28,495 nucleotides of DNA from a virus (Duplodnaviria > Caudoviricetes), in IMG/VR virus record IMGVR_UViG_3300011438_000034, positions 1 to 28,495 of that record, one strand, 5' to 3'. Each line of letters starts with the position of its first letter. Within the stretch, counting starts at the first letter, position 1. Below are positions 24,958-28,495 of this stretch, piece by piece. The translations under genes and the position numbers were made by a program. The notes beneath the pieces are model-generated. The model worked only from the letters and a program-made list of their open reading frames with translations. It was not told where the DNA came from and did no database searches.

Positions 24958-25391
24958 GACAATGTCTCCCTGGGACGCATGCGGCGCTTGAACATCGCAA
25001 GGGCCGCCTCAAGCTCGCGGACGATCTCCAAGACGGAAGCGTTATCGTCGTCCATCTCGCCGTTGCTGTAGCTGTGATGCTCCGCCATTTCCGCCATGAC
25101 CTCGGCAAACGGGCGGCCAATCGAAACGGCCCCATCCCAAGCGTGGATGCAGACCTCCAGCCGCTTGGGGCACGTCGCGCCCCGGCCGTCGCTGAAGTCG
25201 ATATACAGCCAGATGTCATTGACGAGGTCTTGGACGGCGTCCCAGGCAGCCTTGGCGCACATCCGTTGCAGCAGATCGCGGTCGGGCATGCCGGTGTCGA
25301 AAGTCCAGTTCTCGAACGAGACCGTGAGGATTCGGTCTGTGGTGTCGGGCACCATCTCCGCGTCGTCCGCGTCGTCCGCTTCGGCAGTCAT
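24954..25391 (-). CDS. Acidic hypothetical protein (145 aa) between TerL and portal
   Basis: ATGA overlaps at both ends. No recognisable motif. Confidence 0.75.
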   Translation of the reverse strand: MTAEADDADDAEMVPDTTDRILTVSFENWTFDTGMPDRDLLQRMCAKAAWDAVQDLVNDIWLYIDFSDGRGATCPKRLEVCIHAWDGAVSIGRPFAEVMAEMAEHHSYSNGEMDDDNASVLEIVRELEAALAMFKRRMRPRETLS

Positions 25392-26851
25392 GCGTAGTCC
25401 CCCCGTGCCAGGTCCATCGTGATCGGGCGGCTATCGAATAGGCCACTAGTCATTCCGGATGCGATCCCCAACCCCTGCTCGCAGAACGTATGGATCAGCG
25501 CGTCGGCGGCATCGGGGCTCGCTAAGGAACGGGAGCGCATCGAGTTCTTGCTCTCCACCTGAAGCCGGCCATCGGACAGGAAGCTAAACCGCGGCGCCAC
25601 GAGGTCGTCCCGCAACTGATCATCCCGCGGCAGGCGCACGGCGCGGCTCTCCAGCCACTCGCGGCAGCGTATCCATAGCTCGTCCCGCAGCCGGGCATAG
25701 CGGCCGGTGGTGCTGGCCGCCTCGGATACGTTGAGGCCGAGGATGGGTAGGTTCTGCTCATGCAGCCGGTCCACTACGCCCGCGCCTATGCCGATCACGT
25801 CGATGCAGATGATGGCGGGGCGGGCTGCCCCTGCGCCGTCGTATTCCGCCTTGAGCGCGCCGGCCAACTGCATCGTGTCCACCTGGCGCCAGCGGCGCGG
25901 CATCTCGGGCACGACGTTGCCCTGGCGCTTGATGAGGACGGATGCGTCGTTGCCAAAGCGGGCCACGTCCACGCCCCAGATGATGGCGGCCGAGGGGTCG
26001 AGCGCCACGTCCCTGACCATGGCGTCGTCAACGAGGGACGCCTGGATGACGGTGTCCGCGTCGGCCACCGGGAACTCGCCCAACACGCGGATGCGGTATG
26101 CGTTGCTGTCCATGCCATACCGTTGCGATATCTCATCCACGAATGCGCGGGCCACGCGGGGGGAATCCGCGGCCGACACGCGCATGGTAAACCAGCGATC
26201 CCGCTCCATCATGTGCGCCCGCCAGAAGAAGCCGGACGATCGGGTGGGGTTGCCGATCAGCAGGGTGATGGCGCCTTGCGACGACATCGAGCCGCCGGCC
26301 GCCTCATACACCGCCTCGTCGATGCCCGATGCCTCGTCGGCCACGAGGAGGATGTGGTCAGAGTGCAGGCCGGCCATCGCCTCGGGCTTGTCGGGGCGTG
26401 ACGTGCGCGCGGTTACGAACGCCTCGGGGTCGCCCTTGGATGTTATGTGGTCCGTCGTAATGATCCAGAGATCGCGCCAGCCGGACGGCAGGCGGTTGAA
26501 CCATTTGACCAACTCCGGCCAGAGCGCATCGAACAGTTGCGGGGCTGTCGGTGCGGTGACCGCGCACTTGAACGGGGAGCGGGTGTTGGCGAACCAGATC
26601 ATGGCCCAGGCCGCGAAAGCCGTCTTGCCCACGCCGTGGCCGGAACGAACCGCAATGCGCGTGTGCCCGCGAGCCAGCGCCCGCAACCCCTCGACCTGCC
26701 AGGGGTCCGGCTCGGCGTGCAGCACCTCGCGGACGAACGCGATGGGTGCGCGAGCGTAACGGGCGGCGGCGGTGGCAAACGGGTTCTGCGAGGCGCTGAT
26801 GGCCTGCGCCCAATCCTTCGTTGCGGGTGCGGTTGTTTCGGTGTCGGTCAT
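25388..26851 (-). CDS. terL: Terminase large subunit (487 aa)
   Basis: Walker A SGHGVGKT, Walker B LLVADEASG, motif III IGNPT, nuclease GVDVARFGND and SPDAADAL. ATG 26851 is coupled to the upstream ORF. Confidence 0.96.
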   Translation of the reverse strand: MTDTETTAPATKDWAQAISASQNPFATAAARYARAPIAFVREVLHAEPDPWQVEGLRALARGHTRIAVRSGHGVGKTAFAAWAMIWFANTRSPFKCAVTAPTAPQLFDALWPELVKWFNRLPSGWRDLWIITTDHITSKGDPEAFVTARTSRPDKPEAMAGLHSDHILLVADEASGIDEAVYEAAGGSMSSQGAITLLIGNPTRSSGFFWRAHMMERDRWFTMRVSAADSPRVARAFVDEISQRYGMDSNAYRIRVLGEFPVADADTVIQASLVDDAMVRDVALDPSAAIIWGVDVARFGNDASVLIKRQGNVVPEMPRRWRQVDTMQLAGALKAEYDGAGAARPAIICIDVIGIGAGVVDRLHEQNLPILGLNVSEAASTTGRYARLRDELWIRCREWLESRAVRLPRDDQLRDDLVAPRFSFLSDGRLQVESKNSMRSRSLASPDAADALIHTFCEQGLGIASGMTSGLFDSRPITMDLARGDYA

Positions 26852-27027
26852 GGCTGCTTCCCTTCGGCTATGCAGCGATAGCAGCCGATGGCGCGCAGCA
26901 TGGTATCGCGCCCGCAGATCGGGCACGGCGGCCGACAGGTGCCAGCCTCGCTGCATTCCTTGCGGTAGCAGGTGTCGCCGATCTCGCAGCGGACGCCGTT
27001 GCCGCGGGGCTCGATGTGCTGGCTCAT
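26848..27027 (-). CDS. 59-aa Cys-rich microprotein (8 Cys, possible zinc binder)
   Basis: MSQHIEPRGNGVRCEIGDTCYRKECSEAGTCRPPCPICGRDTMLRAIGCYRCIAEGKQP. ATGA overlaps with both terS and terL. Absent from the ORF track (under 60 aa). Confidence 0.7.
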   Translation of the reverse strand: MSQHIEPRGNGVRCEIGDTCYRKECSEAGTCRPPCPICGRDTMLRAIGCYRCIAEGKQP

Positions 27028-27467
27028 TCGAGTGGCGGGGGCGCGTCGAGGAGGGACGCGGGGCTGTTGGTGATTGGCTCGTGCTGGATCGTGGGCGGCG
27101 GTTGCGTTGCGCGTTCCTCGATCAGTTGGCGGCCGACTTCGCGAACGGCGAGGAGGTGGAGCATGACTGGGGAGTTGCCGTCTTCGTCGGTGATAGGCTG
27201 CGCTGCCTTGCCGTATCCACGGTCGAGGAGTTCCTTGATGGCTGAGACGCGCGTTGCCTCGGCTTCGGCCGGAATGCCAGGCGTGAGGCCCGCCATTTCG
27301 GCGAGCTTGCGGATTCCGTCCGGCCCGAAGGTGCGTGCTAAGTCCCTGATTTCAAAGATGACTTTCGGGCGTCCGTTCGGATTCCCGGACTGACCTGGCT
27401 GCCACGGATTAGGCGGCAGAGACTTAATCCGTGTTTTAGCCGTGTTAGCAGTGCCTGACGCGCTCAT
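27024..27467 (-). CDS. terS: Putative terminase small subunit (DUF5681-type)
   Basis: PWQPGQSGNPNGRPK and A-x-x-ELLDRGYGKA-x-Q motifs, upstream of terL. Confidence 0.8.
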   Translation of the reverse strand: MSASGTANTAKTRIKSLPPNPWQPGQSGNPNGRPKVIFEIRDLARTFGPDGIRKLAEMAGLTPGIPAEAEATRVSAIKELLDRGYGKAAQPITDEDGNSPVMLHLLAVREVGRQLIEERATQPPPTIQHEPITNSPASLLDAPPPLE

Positions 27468-28288
27468 GCCCATTCCTCCTGCCGGGGCGCGAACTCGTGA
27501 TCCTCGGGCAGCGGATCGCCTTCCGGGAGGTCGTCCTCGTCGGGGAATGGTGCGTCGAGGAACTCGTCCTCGGGTTCGGGGATCGGTGGCGGTTTGGGGT
27601 TTGGATTGGGTGCGACGGCGACGATTCCGGCGGCGGCTCGGGCTGCGGCCAGGACGCCTGGTGCGACGGGCACGAATATGCGGGTTGGCGGTGGGTCAGG
27701 GGCGCGGACGGCGTCGGCCTGGACGCTGGGCGAGTGCGAGGCTTTGGGCGCGATCTTGATGGCTGCGCGTTTGGTGCCTGTGTCGCGTTCGATGCCCGCG
27801 ACTATGGCGCGCACGGCGGCGATTTCCTCGGGTGTGCGCGGTGCTGCCTGGGCGGTGTCTGCCCCGGTGATGCGTTCCCAGGCGGCGAGGGATTGCTGCT
27901 TGACGAGGCTGAGGACGTGCGCGCGGGACGAAGGCGGCTTGCCGTCGCCGTTACGGAAGTGTTCGTCCTCGCGTTTGCGGAAGTATGCGAGCCACATGCG
28001 TCCGGCGTCATCGAGGCCGGCGGCTTCCCCGCCGATGGCCATGGGGCGGGGCTGTTCGCGTTCCCAGCCGATGATTGCGGCGCGGATATCGGCGTAGCTG
28101 GGGATGATGGTGCGTCGTTTGCTGGTGGCCACGCGGTTGAGGCATTCGCGGCTGGCGAATGCGCGCAGGGGCATGTCGGTGAGCATCGGCAGGAATGCCA
28201 CGAGGGCGGTTGCGGCTTCCTCGGGGTTATCTGGCTGCACCAGCTTGGCGAGGGCTGACATGAACTTCTCGGGGAGCGTCGGGTTCAT
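27464..28288 (-). CDS. Hypothetical protein, possibly a helicase-loader-like replication partner (274 aa)
   Basis: Coupled to the replication initiator. N-terminal helical domain ending P-S-x-ADIR resembles loader/inhibitor proteins. Pro/acidic C-terminus. Confidence 0.5.
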   Translation of the reverse strand: MNPTLPEKFMSALAKLVQPDNPEEAATALVAFLPMLTDMPLRAFASRECLNRVATSKRRTIIPSYADIRAAIIGWEREQPRPMAIGGEAAGLDDAGRMWLAYFRKREDEHFRNGDGKPPSSRAHVLSLVKQQSLAAWERITGADTAQAAPRTPEEIAAVRAIVAGIERDTGTKRAAIKIAPKASHSPSVQADAVRAPDPPPTRIFVPVAPGVLAAARAAAGIVAVAPNPNPKPPPIPEPEDEFLDAPFPDEDDLPEGDPLPEDHEFAPRQEEWA

Positions 28289-28494
28289 TGGACGATCCTC
28301 AGCCGGGGTGCTGGCTCGTCTGGCGGCGGGAAGATGCTTTGACGCCTGGACACTTCCATGACGGCGCGCAGGACTGAGTCGCCGGTTTCGATTTCATCGA
28401 GCCATCGCTGTGCGTTGAGCCACGTGGCGGGATGCGGGATGTATTTCCTAGTTGGCCAGTTTCGGTCGAGGGCGTGCAGCAGGGTCTCGGGGTC
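28285..28494 (-). CDS. C-terminus (5'-truncated) of a phage replication initiator/replisome organiser
   Basis: ...RKYIPHPATWLNAQRWLDE... is the characteristic C-terminal motif of phage replication initiators. Stop overlaps the next ATG. Confidence 0.8.
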   Translation of the reverse strand, partial: DPETLLHALDRNWPTRKYIPHPATWLNAQRWLDEIETGDSVLRAVMEVSRRQSIFPPPDEPAPRLRIVQ

Positions 28495-28495
28495 G

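Overview
A GC-rich 28.5-kb segment of a tailed phage or prophage with podovirus-type morphogenesis. The host may be an Alphaproteobacterium, but that is inference only. From 28495 down to 1732 the minus strand carries an almost fully translationally coupled series: replication initiator C-terminus, a replication-associated protein, TerS, a Cys-rich microprotein, TerL, portal, scaffold, DUF5309/SU10-type major capsid, adaptor, several tail fibre/lectin genes, small membrane proteins, a tail-collar fibre, a P22 gp10-like tail protein and three DNA-ejection proteins. The main finding is on the plus strand at 1-1735. There, the C-terminus of a Nop/IS110-like (Tas-like) protein is followed by a free-standing HNH nuclease and a dual-repeat, dual-spacer array with a 36-nt period (947-1356, AGCCG-N9-AGAGAACCG-N9-AGCG). 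A WGR-domain gene and a 31-aa membrane peptide come next. This looks like a phage-borne TIGR-Tas RNA-guided system with variant repeat boxes. Both HNH genes in the window sit at the 3' end of a neighbouring phage gene (Tas-like, portal) and are flanked by a diverged duplicate of that gene's C-terminus. All family assignments come from motif recognition by eye; no database search was run.
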